Assembly (NCBI GenBank): GCA_963692865.2
Contig: OY843592.1
Coordinates: forward strand, 3,392,001-3,456,000
DNA from: a bacterium
Lineage (GTDB): Bacteria; UBA8248
DNA: 64,000 bases
Direction: 5' to 3'
Both the position numbers and the translations under genes were made by a program. The notes beneath the pieces are model-generated. The model made no database searches. It was not told the origin of the DNA and was given only the letters and a program-made list of their open reading frames with translations. Position 1 is the first letter of the stretch. Each line of letters opens with the position of its first letter. Below, in pieces: positions 49,650 through 59,300 of this stretch.

Positions 49650-50720
49650 TCACTCGTTTCTCGTATAGAAATCGCGGATCCGCTCTCTCATCACGGTGCC
49701 GGTATCCCCGGAGTCGGGGAGCGCGATGGATGGTTCGTGCGAGCCGTCCATGAGGTTTTCGGTGAACTCCGACAAATCCACGGCCTCGAAGTCGATCCGT
49801 TCCATCTCCGAGACGGTGAAGCCGCGGCAGCTGCCCCAGCCGATGCCGAGCTGCGACCGCGCCGCCTCCTGAAGGATGCGGCCGAGCTTGGAGCCGAAGA
49901 CGCACCAGACCCGCTCCCTGCGGACGCAGACGCCGAATATGCGCTTCGCGCAACGCGTGCCCAGGTAGTGCGTTTTCCCGGCGTGGCGCTCCTGCGCCAG
50001 GAGGCGCTCGGACTCCGTGCAATTGCCGAGACCGATGAGGAGGCCCGAGTTCTTGCAGCAGTTCGCCAGTCCGCCCCACCTGATCCGGCACGATCTGCGC
50101 TCGCCCCGGAAGAACAGCAGGTTTCCGCGGTCGAATTCCTCGCCGCCGAGTTCGAGCACCATGTTGAGCCTGGCCGCCGCGCCCACGAAGCCGGTGTTCG
50201 CCTGTGAGGATCTGGTTTCGCAGTCCGCGCCCACGCACCAGGCGACAGAGCCGCAGGAACCGCCCGATTCGGCTTGGTCGAGTCCCGCGCCGCAATCCGT
50301 CACGGACCCCGACGCCAGGCCCGAGGCGCCGAAGCGGGAAGCGCCGGGGTCGCCCTGTATCTCCTCGCCGCGCACAGGTACCGGATCGTTCGTCCCGACC
50401 GACGCTTCAGGACGCGCGGTCGTCCCATCGATCACGGCGCGCCCGGCGCGTCCACCGGGATCTCCGGGATCGGCGAGCGCACGGGCAGCGGCGTTTTCCA
50501 GATCGGCCGCGCCCAGGTTCCGCTCGGGCCGGTTCGTTCCCGCGTAGCCCGGCACCCCGGATGCCGAAGCGGGGTCCCTCGCAACGGCGGCGGCCGCCGA
50601 CCGGCCCGCGCTGCCCATCGCGCGTGCGGCCGCCTTGGGGTCTTCGGCCAAGGCGTCGGTGATACTCAAGTGAGCGAAGAGAAAAAGGATGACCGTTCTC
50701 AGCCATAAATTCCGATTCAT
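49650..50720 (-). CDS. traN: TraN (short form)
   Basis: NCC, C..SE..L, GTRC, CVFGSKLGRILQE..R.QL, CRGFT..E..RIDF..VDLSEF. Confidence 0.88.
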   Translation of the reverse strand: MNRNLWLRTVILFLFAHLSITDALAEDPKAAARAMGSAGRSAAAAVARDPASASGVPGYAGTNRPERNLGAADLENAAARALADPGDPGGRAGRAVIDGTTARPEASVGTNDPVPVRGEEIQGDPGASRFGASGLASGSVTDCGAGLDQAESGGSCGSVAWCVGADCETRSSQANTGFVGAAARLNMVLELGGEEFDRGNLLFFRGERRSCRIRWGGLANCCKNSGLLIGLGNCTESERLLAQERHAGKTHYLGTRCAKRIFGVCVRRERVWCVFGSKLGRILQEAARSQLGIGWGSCRGFTVSEMERIDFEAVDLSEFTENLMDGSHEPSIALPDSGDTGTVMRERIRDFYTRNE

Positions 50721-51442
50721 GGGTGTTCCCCTTTGAGTTTCCCGAGATGACGCCGCGCCGTCCCACGGCCCGGTCCGCCTTCCCCGGCGACGATCCGGAG
50801 CGCGGCTTCGAGACCGATGTTTCCCCGGACAAGATCGTGGGCCGGCGCGGGGTCCGCCGAACAACCCCGGCTCTCACAAGGCGGGACACCTCCCGGGACG
50901 ACGGCGACGGCCGGGACCGCCTTGACCTCGAAGAGCCGGAAAAGGCGCGGGTCGATCGCCGCGCCCGCGCCTTCGGCGAGATGCGCCCCGATATGCTTCA
51001 CCGTGGCCTTGAGTCCGCCCCGTGCGACGCCGCGCAGCACCAGCGGCGCGCCGATCCGCGCCGCCTCCCGGCTCCACTGCCGCAGGCTCGCGCCAGGGAC
51101 GGACAAGCTCATGAAGACGATGATCTCGGGACCTCGTGGAGGTTCGGAGAGCCTGCCCGCCAGGCGGCCGGCCTGATCCTCAGTCGGGAGGGGAGTGGAT
51201 GTTTCGGGGGCGTTTTTCCGCGCGCGACCGAGCGCGCGCTCCAGTACCGAGCGCGACCAGGAGCCGAGGTCCCCTGGTGGGGATTTCTCTTCATTCCCGA
51301 GGACGTGCTCCACGATCTCTTTCGCAGCCTCCAAGGGCTTCTCCTGGGAGTCGGCCGGAGCGGCCCACCCCAAATAAAAGAGGGCGCAGGAAAGCAAGGC
51401 CAGGGCTACGGTTATGGTTTGATGAATCGAATGTTTGCCCAT
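50717..51442 (-). CDS. trbC: F-type pilus assembly protein TrbC
   Basis: VFMSLSVP..SL, LVLRG, IDPRLF..F.V.AVPA. Confidence 0.9.
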   Translation of the reverse strand: MGKHSIHQTITVALALLSCALFYLGWAAPADSQEKPLEAAKEIVEHVLGNEEKSPPGDLGSWSRSVLERALGRARKNAPETSTPLPTEDQAGRLAGRLSEPPRGPEIIVFMSLSVPGASLRQWSREAARIGAPLVLRGVARGGLKATVKHIGAHLAEGAGAAIDPRLFRLFEVKAVPAVAVVPGGVPPCESRGCSADPAPAHDLVRGNIGLEAALRIVAGEGGPGRGTARRHLGKLKGEHP

Positions 51443-51452
51443 ATTACGTTCC

Positions 51453-52454
51453 TTAGAGGAGGCAGCAGTTGCGCTTGCGCCAGAGCAGGTACCCGAAATT
51501 CTCCCCCGCGACGGGAAGCTCGCGGAGCGTCTCCCAAAGCACGGTGGAGCGGCCCGTGGGGTTGCACCCGGTGAGCGCCGATGTGGCGGGAACCGGCTGC
51601 GTCATCTGCCAGCGGTACTGAGATTTCTTCATGATCGGCATGGGATAGCGGCCGCACAGGGCGGCGGAACCCGACGTGCCCCACGCGAGCAGGGTCCGGT
51701 GCAGGCGGAAGACCAGACGTTGCGCGGCGAGCAGCGATGCCTGCACCCCTCCCACGTGCGCGCCCACGTTCCCCGTCAGGGGATACATCGAGCCCTGACA
51801 GCCCGCGCACCAGTACAAGGGATCGAGCGGGAGTCCCGCGGACGCCGCCGCGCAGTCCGCGGCGCACGCCGCCTGGGCGGGGAGATCCGCGAAGAGCGCG
51901 GCTTCGGGGTTCAGCAGGAAAGACAGCTCGTCGTCGCGCCAGGTCGGATCGAGTTCCGATATCCAGGCGATGTCGAGTCCGCCCCCTTCAAGGCAGCCCA
52001 GGTCCAGCAGCGCTCCTATCCACGAGAGCAGCGGATACACGTAGTAGTGGACGTGCCAGGTGGAGCCCTGAGCGCCGTCACCGCCGGATGCGCCCGTGCG
52101 CCCGCGTCCGGCGGGAAGCCCCCCGTCGATGGTGAGACCGCCCAGGTTCGGGAAACACCAGGGCGCCCGGCTCGCGTCGATCAGGCGCGCGGGTTCCCAG
52201 ACGCCGAGCGAGAGGCCGATCCGGGGGATCGGACTCCCGCAGAAACAGATAGGGGACCCCGGGTTGGGCGTGTCCGGCGCGCCCGCCGCGCTCCCGATAC
52301 GGATCGGCCCTATCGATATCGGAAACAAACACTCCCAGCACACGTCCGTCACGGGGTTCACGAAACGACCGGTGCACGATTGCGCGGAGACGCTCTTTGT
52401 CGTGAGGACGCAGAAGAGAAGGATGATTGAAATGGCAAGAATCAAGCACCTCAT
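51453..52454 (-). CDS. traU: TraU
   Basis: C.GRFVNPVTDVCWECLFP, WEPAR, WCAGCQG, WRKRNCC. Confidence 0.95.
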   Translation of the reverse strand: MRCLILAISIILLFCVLTTKSVSAQSCTGRFVNPVTDVCWECLFPISIGPIRIGSAAGAPDTPNPGSPICFCGSPIPRIGLSLGVWEPARLIDASRAPWCFPNLGGLTIDGGLPAGRGRTGASGGDGAQGSTWHVHYYVYPLLSWIGALLDLGCLEGGGLDIAWISELDPTWRDDELSFLLNPEAALFADLPAQAACAADCAAASAGLPLDPLYWCAGCQGSMYPLTGNVGAHVGGVQASLLAAQRLVFRLHRTLLAWGTSGSAALCGRYPMPIMKKSQYRWQMTQPVPATSALTGCNPTGRSTVLWETLRELPVAGENFGYLLWRKRNCCLL

Positions 52455-53113
52455 GGGCGATCTCCTTCGCTCTCGGGTCCGTCTTCGAGGGGCACCTCCG
52501 TGATCCGCAAAAACGATCCCTCGGTTTCGAGCAGAGAAGGCGTGGCGGCCAGGCCGAAACGCCTCGCGAGCCGCCCGCCCTGGTCGAAGAAAAACGCCCG
52601 CCCGTGCGTCCGCGTAAGAGCCAGCGGACGGCCTGCGAGCAAAATGATCACGGAGGGTTTTTCACGGGCAATCGCCCAGGCGACTTCGACCTGTCGCGTC
52701 CCGTCGATGAACAGGAGATCGCGCGTCAGGGGATGTTTTTCGAGAGGATTGATCCGCGTTCCCCGGGCCGCAATCAGCTTTCCGTCATGTGCAAAAATGT
52801 CCCGCTCGATGGCGACCGAAGGGTCGAACCGGCGGATCCTGAGAAAGCGCGCGGGGCGGATGCCCGCTACGCGGGGAGGCGCCTCGATCCGCTTCCTGGC
52901 CCTCGTGAGCGACTCGCTTCTCATGCGTGCGAGTTCACCCGAAGTTTTCATCGCTTCGAGTCTCGCTTCTATCTCGGCGAGCAGGTCGGGCTCCTCGATG
53001 CGCCAGACCGCCCCGCGAACGCCCAGATCCTTCGCCACGGCTGTTCCCGCCGCGAGAGCGAGGGCGCAGGCGAGCGCCGCCGCGAAGAACCTCCGGGGCG
53101 GAAGCCGCTTCAT
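52451..53113 (-). CDS. traW: TraW
   Basis: DLGVRG..W.I.EPDLL, FDPS, INPL, FIDG, FFDQGG.L. Confidence 0.93.
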   Translation of the reverse strand: MKRLPPRRFFAAALACALALAAGTAVAKDLGVRGAVWRIEEPDLLAEIEARLEAMKTSGELARMRSESLTRARKRIEAPPRVAGIRPARFLRIRRFDPSVAIERDIFAHDGKLIAARGTRINPLEKHPLTRDLLFIDGTRQVEVAWAIAREKPSVIILLAGRPLALTRTHGRAFFFDQGGRLARRFGLAATPSLLETEGSFLRITEVPLEDGPESEGDRP

Positions 53114-53664
53114 GGCCGCGCCTCCCCGGGTTTCGCGAGGGGGCCTTCGAGCCCCAGCCAGGGGATGTCGGGAAGCGGAAGGGCGCGGCCCCGGATGCGC
53201 TCGCGCGGCACCAGGCCGATCTCCTCGTAGCGGCTGTCGTGGCTGTCCTTGTGATCGGCGTGGACGTAGTAGTGGCCGGGCGGGATGACGCCGGGTCCTA
53301 TCGCTTCCAGGGCGCGGCCGTTCAGCGCGCGCCGCTTGGCGATCCCGATGAATTCTCCCCGCACGAAGACGCGGCGATCGGGGTCCACCGCCACACTGTC
53401 TCCCGGCAGGCCGATGACGCGCTTCATGTAGGGAATCGAAGAACCCGCGGCTTCGGGCGGTTCGAAGAGGACAAGGGCACCTCGTTTGGGTGCTGCCATC
53501 ATCGGCAACACGAAATACCCCCATGCGCCGTCTGACCAGCTCGCGTTCACGTGAACGCGCGAGGCCGCGGCGAGCCACAGGCCCGAGAGCACGGCCATAC
53601 AGACCAGCGACCTGAAGCCCCGGGGGTTCGAGCGGATGCGTTCATCGGCGTCGGTTATCATCAT
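53110..53664 (-). CDS. S26 conjugative signal peptidase (TrhF-like)
   Basis: VNASWS, MKRVIGLPGD, SHDSRY..IG. Confidence 0.88.
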   Translation of the reverse strand: MMITDADERIRSNPRGFRSLVCMAVLSGLWLAAASRVHVNASWSDGAWGYFVLPMMAAPKRGALVLFEPPEAAGSSIPYMKRVIGLPGDSVAVDPDRRVFVRGEFIGIAKRRALNGRALEAIGPGVIPPGHYYVHADHKDSHDSRYEEIGLVPRERIRGRALPLPDIPWLGLEGPLAKPGEARP

Positions 53665-54025
53665 TTTTCTTCTCCTTGTTCAGAGGTGTGTTCGCCGCCA
53701 TCGCCGCCTCCACTTCCGCCGTCAGGTCCTCTGCGCCCGCGGCGACGGCGCCCGCCGTCAGCAGAACCACGCGCCGGCGCGCGGCGGTTCGCGCGAGCGC
53801 ATCTTCGAGCCGCACGGCCCAGGCGCGGGTGGCGGCCAGGGCCTTTTTCGAATCCCCGCCATCGCGCAGCGCCCTCGTCACGTAGTCCGCCGTGAGGTCG
53901 GCAAGACGTACGACCGCGATCCGGGGCGCTTTTTCGGGGGAGACCCGCACCGTCACGGCCGAGACGGCCGCCGCCACGCCTGCGGCGAGTAACAGGGCTG
54001 CCGCGAACGCCGGAACCCCTCTCAT
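53642..54025 (-). CDS. trbI: TrbI (F-type)
   Basis: N-terminal TM; VVLL...AV.AGA.DLT; position between traC and traW. Confidence 0.75.
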   Translation of the reverse strand: MRGVPAFAAALLLAAGVAAAVSAVTVRVSPEKAPRIAVVRLADLTADYVTRALRDGGDSKKALAATRAWAVRLEDALARTAARRRVVLLTAGAVAAGAEDLTAEVEAAMAANTPLNKEKKNDDNRRR

Positions 54026-54351
54026 GAGATCTCTCCTGCCGCATGACGCTTCGCGCTCATCGGGACCCGGGCTCCCGTGTCCCGGCACCGGAACCAGGCC
54101 GTCCCCTCCTCGTCATGGAACATGTATGTGTAGCTGCCTGCGAAGAGGCGATTCAAAGGATCGGCAGAGAGCACGCCCGCCGAGATCGCCGCGCGGAACA
54201 CGCCTTCGGTGTCCTCGTATACCCGGATGAACCGCTTCCGCTTGGGCCGCCGCCCCCGTTCAGGCCGTCTCTTGTGTTCAGGCCGCATCGCACGATCCTT
54301 GTGATACCGACGAACACGGCGCCTCCTGCGCCGTCTGCATGTGCGCGTCAT
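54022..54351 (-). CDS. Hypothetical protein with Arg-rich N-terminus
   Basis: AAGGAG RBS; stop overlaps trbI ATG. Confidence 0.55.
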   Translation of the reverse strand: MTRTCRRRRRRRVRRYHKDRAMRPEHKRRPERGRRPKRKRFIRVYEDTEGVFRAAISAGVLSADPLNRLFAGSYTYMFHDEEGTAWFRCRDTGARVPMSAKRHAAGEIS

Positions 54352-54385
54352 CTCCTTGCTCCTCTGGTGTCGGGTGGTTCTTCGT

Positions 54386-55033
54386 CTATGATTTCTCCGG
54401 GGCGGAAGCCGCAACGCTCCCCCCGGCGCCCGGGTTTTTCCTGAGATCGTTGAAGCGATCGAGCCAGAGCCTCGCCGCGCGGGCGGGGTCGATCGGCCTG
54501 ATGCGCCGGTCGAGCGGCGGGAAGGCGACGGCAGGCGCCGCGTTCCCGCTTGCTCCCGGCACGTCGCGCACCTCTGCGGACTCCGCCATCCGCGCCACGA
54601 AGCGCACGAGTTCCGCATGCGCAGAAGTCGGTTTCGCGCCGAGTCCGGCCGCCTCGCGCACGGCCCTGTCTATTTTTCCACCGAGACGTCGCAGCTGCGG
54701 CGTCGACCGCCGCGAGGGGGCGGCGTCGGGACCGAGCCACGCGACGCTCGCCTCGAACAGCAGGGCATGGAGCGCCGCCCCCCGGACGTCCTCGCCCCCG
54801 GAGCCGCTCAGGTCTTCTATCGCCTCGCTCATCGTCACCGCGTGGGCCGCCAGGGAGTGGAAGCGCCTGAGACGCCCGTCCCGCCGGCAGGTGTTGGCGA
54901 GCACGTGGGCCAGGGCCTCGAAGTCGACGGCTTCGGCCGTCAGCGAATCGGGGTCCCCCGGCCAGGCGATCGGCCTTTCCTCCACACCCCCTGGGTGCGC
55001 TCTTCTTCTCGCGTTCATGTGGTTTCTCTCCAT
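54386..55033 (-). CDS. Degenerate HD-domain phosphohydrolase-like protein
   Basis: AHVLANTCR.DG....HSLAAH...ALLFEAS.AWLG matches the YfbR-like pattern with HD changed to FE. Confidence 0.7.
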   Translation of the reverse strand: MERNHMNARRRAHPGGVEERPIAWPGDPDSLTAEAVDFEALAHVLANTCRRDGRLRRFHSLAAHAVTMSEAIEDLSGSGGEDVRGAALHALLFEASVAWLGPDAAPSRRSTPQLRRLGGKIDRAVREAAGLGAKPTSAHAELVRFVARMAESAEVRDVPGASGNAAPAVAFPPLDRRIRPIDPARAARLWLDRFNDLRKNPGAGGSVAASAPEKS

Positions 55034-55075
55034 TCGGGTTGATGTTCGTTTTCAGGTGTCAGGGGTGATGAAACG

Positions 55076-57577
55076 TCACGGCGCGCCTTCTTCGGCGACC
55101 CGCGCGACGGCTTCCTCGGTGGTGAGACCCTCTTCCTTCATTTTCTCGATGGCCGCGAAGGCGGGTCCGCGCGAGGAATAGAGCGCCTGCGACCAGCGGT
55201 CCAGCGCCAACCGCGCCACCCGCCAGCCGTCCGGGCCGTGCAGCACGATTTCCGCGTGGCGCCCGTCCACGGTGGCGAGGCTCTTGAGCGCGCGCTCCAT
55301 CCCGGGGTCGCAGTGGATGCGTTTTTCCTGCTTGAGGAGTTCTACGGACTCGTCCTTTTGCGCGAGAAAAATCACCCAGTCGGAGTTGTCCCAGGCCGCG
55401 CGGGCGGCCGGGTTCGCGTAGTAGTCGTTCACGCTCTGGGTGCCGGTGACGAGCGCGCCGCGGTACTTGCGCGCGCGGCGGGCGGCGCCTTCCAGGAACG
55501 CCTTGCTGTCCTCGCCCGAGAGCAGGTCCCATGCCTCATCGATCACGATCGCCTTGGGACGCGTCCTGGGGCCGTGGTACATGCGCTGGGTGGCGAGAAA
55601 CACCACCAGCATGAGCACGACGCCCTGCAGGTCACCGCGTCCCTTGAGTTCCGCGAGTTCGAACACGGTGAGCGCGGCGTCGAGCGCGGGCGTCCCGCCC
55701 CCCTCGAAGAGCCTCCCCATCGCGCCGCCCGGGCGCCAGGGACCCAGCGCGAGCGCCATATCGGATGCGCGCTTATCCCCTGCGGCTTCCAGCCCTTTCT
55801 GCACGAGGCCCAGATCCGCCTCGTTTCCCGCCTCCTCCCAGGCGCGCGCAATGGCCTCGTCGATGAGGGCCGCCTCGATGTCGTCGATCCGCCCGCGCCG
55901 CCTGCACATGCGGCCGACCACCGAGGCCAGCATGGCGAAGGACTCCTCGCGGTAGTCGCCGTCTCTCGCCGCCGTCCCGGCGTCGATCATGGCGAAGGGG
56001 TTCAGGCGCGCGGGGTCCTTGCCGAAGGCGATGAAGGCGCCGCCCAGGGCTTCCGCCGTGTGCTGGAAGGATCGCCCGTCGTCGATGACGACCGCCTCTC
56101 CGTCCGCGCCGGCGATCCCGGCGACGAGTTCCTGCATCAGGACGGACTTGCCCGAACCGGATTTTCCCGTCACGGCCACGTTGTAGTTCCCCGCCTCGTT
56201 CGCGAAGGGGGACCAGGGGGCGGGCTGCCCGCGTCTTCCCAGCAGCAACAATGCGGGCGGCGCGTCCGTCCGCGCCCGCTGGCCGCGCCACTCACCGTGC
56301 ACGGGAGCGAGGTTGACGGCGGATGAGGTCAGCAGCGTCTTCATCCGGCCCATCCGGGCGAGGTCGGCGTCGAGTCCGCCCGCGGGCGCCATCGGCAGGC
56401 AGGCGAGCCAGCCGGGCAGGTGGGCGTAGCGCTCCGCCCCCAGCCGCCAGCCCTGGCCGTGGTAGATGGCGCGCACCGCCTGCTCGGCCTCGTCTATCGC
56501 GTCGAGCGGCGCGTAGATCGCCGCCATGTAACAGGCCCGGACCAGGCGCTCGCCTTCCTTGAGCCGCTCGGTCACGAAGCGCCAGTCCCGGGCCTTCTCC
56601 GGAAGGCCCGGCAGGTAGCGCGCGATGCCCGTGCCTGCCTGCTGCGTCGCGCGGGCGGATTTGAGGAACGCGCGCTCCCCGTCGGCCGCCTCGCCCATCA
56701 TCACGGTGAGCGCGGTCAGGACCGGCGCGCCCGGCTGCAGGAAGTCCCTGTAGAAGTCTCCTATCAGCGCGTTGCCCCGCCAGCCGGGCCACACCTCCGG
56801 GTATGCGCGCGCGGAGAGCACGCGGAGGCCCAAGTCCGTGCCGTCCGGGTGGTGGAAGACCAGTCCCGCCGGCGCCACGCTCATCGCGCGTCCCGGCGCC
56901 GCGCATTGCAGGTGGATCGGGTCGCGGGGCGACCAGCGCCTCTCGGGGCGTTCGAGTCCGCCGTCGTGCTCTCCCTCCAGGTCGGGCGCCGTGAGTTCCG
57001 CAGCGAGCGATAGCAGATCGTCGGGCTCCATCCGCCGCGCCCAAGTCCCGATCGAGGCGAGCGCGCCCTCGATCGCGCGGCGGAAGCCGCCGAGCGCGGT
57101 CTCAGAAGCCGGTCCCGGCCGTCCCGGCAGGCAGGCCGCGAGGAACACCCGGCAGTCGTTCAGGGTGTACGGCGGCCCGCCCTCATGGAGCGGACGCCAG
57201 CCGGCGCCCCTGAAGAGCGCTTCGCGCCGCGCCGCCATCACCGCCTGCAGACCGCCCGCGGCCTCCCTCGGCGCGGCCCAGTCCCCGATCGCCTGCCCGT
57301 AGCGCGGGCTCGTCCAGTGGATCACCTGCACCACGGAGCGATCCGGCGCCGAGTCGGCGAGCGTTCCCGCCAGCGCGTCCAGCGTCCCCTCGTCCACGCC
57401 CGCGAAGGGCGGCAATTCCAGGACGAAACCCAGGCTCCCCGCGTTCACGTAGAACTCGCCCGACTCGTCCCAGGCGCGCCAGGGCAGGAGATCGACGAGC
57501 GGGGCCGGGATGGCCGGGAGCGTCCAGGGCACCAGCGCGTCGGCGCCCCCGAAGATGTCCTTCAATCGATCGATCAC
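55076..57577 (-). CDS. traC: VirB4-like ATPase TraC
   Basis: NYNVAVTGKSGSGKS, IDDGRSF, LNPF, IDEAW, RRARKY. Confidence 0.95.
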   Translation of the reverse strand: MIDRLKDIFGGADALVPWTLPAIPAPLVDLLPWRAWDESGEFYVNAGSLGFVLELPPFAGVDEGTLDALAGTLADSAPDRSVVQVIHWTSPRYGQAIGDWAAPREAAGGLQAVMAARREALFRGAGWRPLHEGGPPYTLNDCRVFLAACLPGRPGPASETALGGFRRAIEGALASIGTWARRMEPDDLLSLAAELTAPDLEGEHDGGLERPERRWSPRDPIHLQCAAPGRAMSVAPAGLVFHHPDGTDLGLRVLSARAYPEVWPGWRGNALIGDFYRDFLQPGAPVLTALTVMMGEAADGERAFLKSARATQQAGTGIARYLPGLPEKARDWRFVTERLKEGERLVRACYMAAIYAPLDAIDEAEQAVRAIYHGQGWRLGAERYAHLPGWLACLPMAPAGGLDADLARMGRMKTLLTSSAVNLAPVHGEWRGQRARTDAPPALLLLGRRGQPAPWSPFANEAGNYNVAVTGKSGSGKSVLMQELVAGIAGADGEAVVIDDGRSFQHTAEALGGAFIAFGKDPARLNPFAMIDAGTAARDGDYREESFAMLASVVGRMCRRRGRIDDIEAALIDEAIARAWEEAGNEADLGLVQKGLEAAGDKRASDMALALGPWRPGGAMGRLFEGGGTPALDAALTVFELAELKGRGDLQGVVLMLVVFLATQRMYHGPRTRPKAIVIDEAWDLLSGEDSKAFLEGAARRARKYRGALVTGTQSVNDYYANPAARAAWDNSDWVIFLAQKDESVELLKQEKRIHCDPGMERALKSLATVDGRHAEIVLHGPDGWRVARLALDRWSQALYSSRGPAFAAIEKMKEEGLTTEEAVARVAEEGAP

Positions 57578-58074
57578 GGAAGCCTCCAGCGCGCGGGCGC
57601 TATTACCGCGCGCACCCAGCCCGCCTCGCGGTAGACGCCCTCCTCGTCCACGTAGGGCGCGATCCATATCCGGGCGACGCGTTCTTTCGTGCGCAGCGTT
57701 TCATCGGCCGGATCGGGGGGTTCCGCTCCGGGCATGGCGAACAGCGGCTCGGCCGTGGCCACCTCCCCGTCGTCTTCCTCATCGAGGCGGAAAAGTTCCG
57801 CGAACCAGGCGATGATGCCGCTCAGGAACGCTGTCCCGGTGGTTTCCGCGGGGCGGAGGGCAGCGGGGGGAGTCGTTTCCCGTGCTTCCGCCGTTGTCGT
57901 GGCGGCGGGGTCCGCCTCGGAAACGTTCTGGCAGGCGACGCCCTGCGCGATGGGGCATTGCCAGGATTCACCCACGTGATTGCTCCCCGCGCAGCCCGTG
58001 AGGAACAGGGCGGCCAAAAGCGCCGTCAGCAAATGAAATCTTCCTGTCGATAATGGATGGGTATTCGTTCTCAT
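57574..58074 (-). CDS. traV: TraV lipoprotein
   Basis: LTGC lipobox; C.....C; RIWIAPYVD..G. Confidence 0.9.
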   Translation of the reverse strand: MRTNTHPLSTGRFHLLTALLAALFLTGCAGSNHVGESWQCPIAQGVACQNVSEADPAATTTAEARETTPPAALRPAETTGTAFLSGIIAWFAELFRLDEEDDGEVATAEPLFAMPGAEPPDPADETLRTKERVARIWIAPYVDEEGVYREAGWVRAVIAPARWRLP

Positions 58075-59300
58075 CTTCTGCTCCCGTGGTTGTTGTTGCT
58101 CTTCCTGTCTTCTCTCCCGTCGAGCCGGGTGCCCTCGATGAACACGACGGTGACGCGCGTGCCCGTCTGGAGCTGGATCACCGGCTGGTACTGCTCGGCC
58201 CGGCGGATCAGGTAGTCCGCCACCCGGCGGCCGGCCGACCCGGCGCCCGCGCCCAGACCCGCGCGCCCCAGGTCGCTCAGGCTCGCCGCGTTCTCCGCCC
58301 CCGTCGTCCCGGCAGGCGCCTGGAGCACGTTGGCGGCGGTCTCGCCCGCCCCCGATACCAGGCCCGCGAGGAAGGCCTTCTCCACGAGCGCCCCCTCGCG
58401 GCTCACCACCGGACCCCGTACGCCGGCCTTGCCGCCGCCCGCCACGAAGCCCGAGACTTCCGTCTCGATCACCGTCCCGGGCTCGGGACCAGCGCAGGTC
58501 ATGGTCCGAAGCCGCACGTAGACCTTCTCCGACGAAAGGTCCCCGTAGGCGGCGCCCGTCAGCGTGCAGCCTGCGACGTCGGCTTCCATCGCTTTGCCTT
58601 CCGCCGCTGCGCTCCGCGCCCTGCCCGTGAGGCGAAGCAGGACCGGCCGCGGGTCGCCCTGGGAGGCGACGCCCGCCGAGGCGTCCACCCCCGCCAGCAC
58701 CACCGCCTCCGCGTAGGCGCCCGCGGGCAGCCAGGAGGAAACGGGGCGCGGTCCCGGACCTGGAGCATTCCCGCCCGCGGGATTCGGGGTTTTCTCGAAT
58801 TCCCGGATCATGGGCGCATTCGCCGACGAGGCTCTCGCGCCGGGTGGGGCGCGGTACCCCTTCGCGCCCGGCGCAGGCCGCTTCGCCCGGACGGGCGCGG
58901 CGGGGCGGGTCTCCAGTTTTTTGCGCAGTTCGTCGATCGCCGCCGCCTGGCGGTCGATCACCATCCGCCCGTCCGCCGCGCCCTTGGCGAGGCGCGCCCT
59001 CAGCCGCGCGTTCTCCTCCTCCGAGCGCCGGCTCTTCGTCTCCATCTCGCGGAGCCGGGCCTCCATCTGTCCGATCCGGGCCTCCGATCGCCTCACCCAG
59101 ACGGCTTCCGCGGACCCTGCGCCCGCGAGTTCCGCCCGGACCCCGCCCCGGGTCGGCGGCGCCTCGCCGCCTCCCGCCGAGAACCAGGCCGCGAAGGCGA
59201 CGAGCACAGCCGCCGCCAGGCCCGAGAACAGGAGCAACTGCCGGTTCCGGATCTTCCGGCTCTCGGGGTCCATCGTCGTTTTGTCCGCACTGCTCATCAC
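58071..59300 (-). CDS. traB: TraB (VirB10-like)
   Basis: LAGVDA, GDLSSEKVYVR, GKAGVRG.VVSREG, RAEQYQPVI. Confidence 0.93.
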   Translation of the reverse strand: MMSSADKTTMDPESRKIRNRQLLLFSGLAAAVLVAFAAWFSAGGGEAPPTRGGVRAELAGAGSAEAVWVRRSEARIGQMEARLREMETKSRRSEEENARLRARLAKGAADGRMVIDRQAAAIDELRKKLETRPAAPVRAKRPAPGAKGYRAPPGARASSANAPMIREFEKTPNPAGGNAPGPGPRPVSSWLPAGAYAEAVVLAGVDASAGVASQGDPRPVLLRLTGRARSAAAEGKAMEADVAGCTLTGAAYGDLSSEKVYVRLRTMTCAGPEPGTVIETEVSGFVAGGGKAGVRGPVVSREGALVEKAFLAGLVSGAGETAANVLQAPAGTTGAENAASLSDLGRAGLGAGAGSAGRRVADYLIRRAEQYQPVIQLQTGTRVTVVFIEGTRLDGREDRKSNNNHGSRR

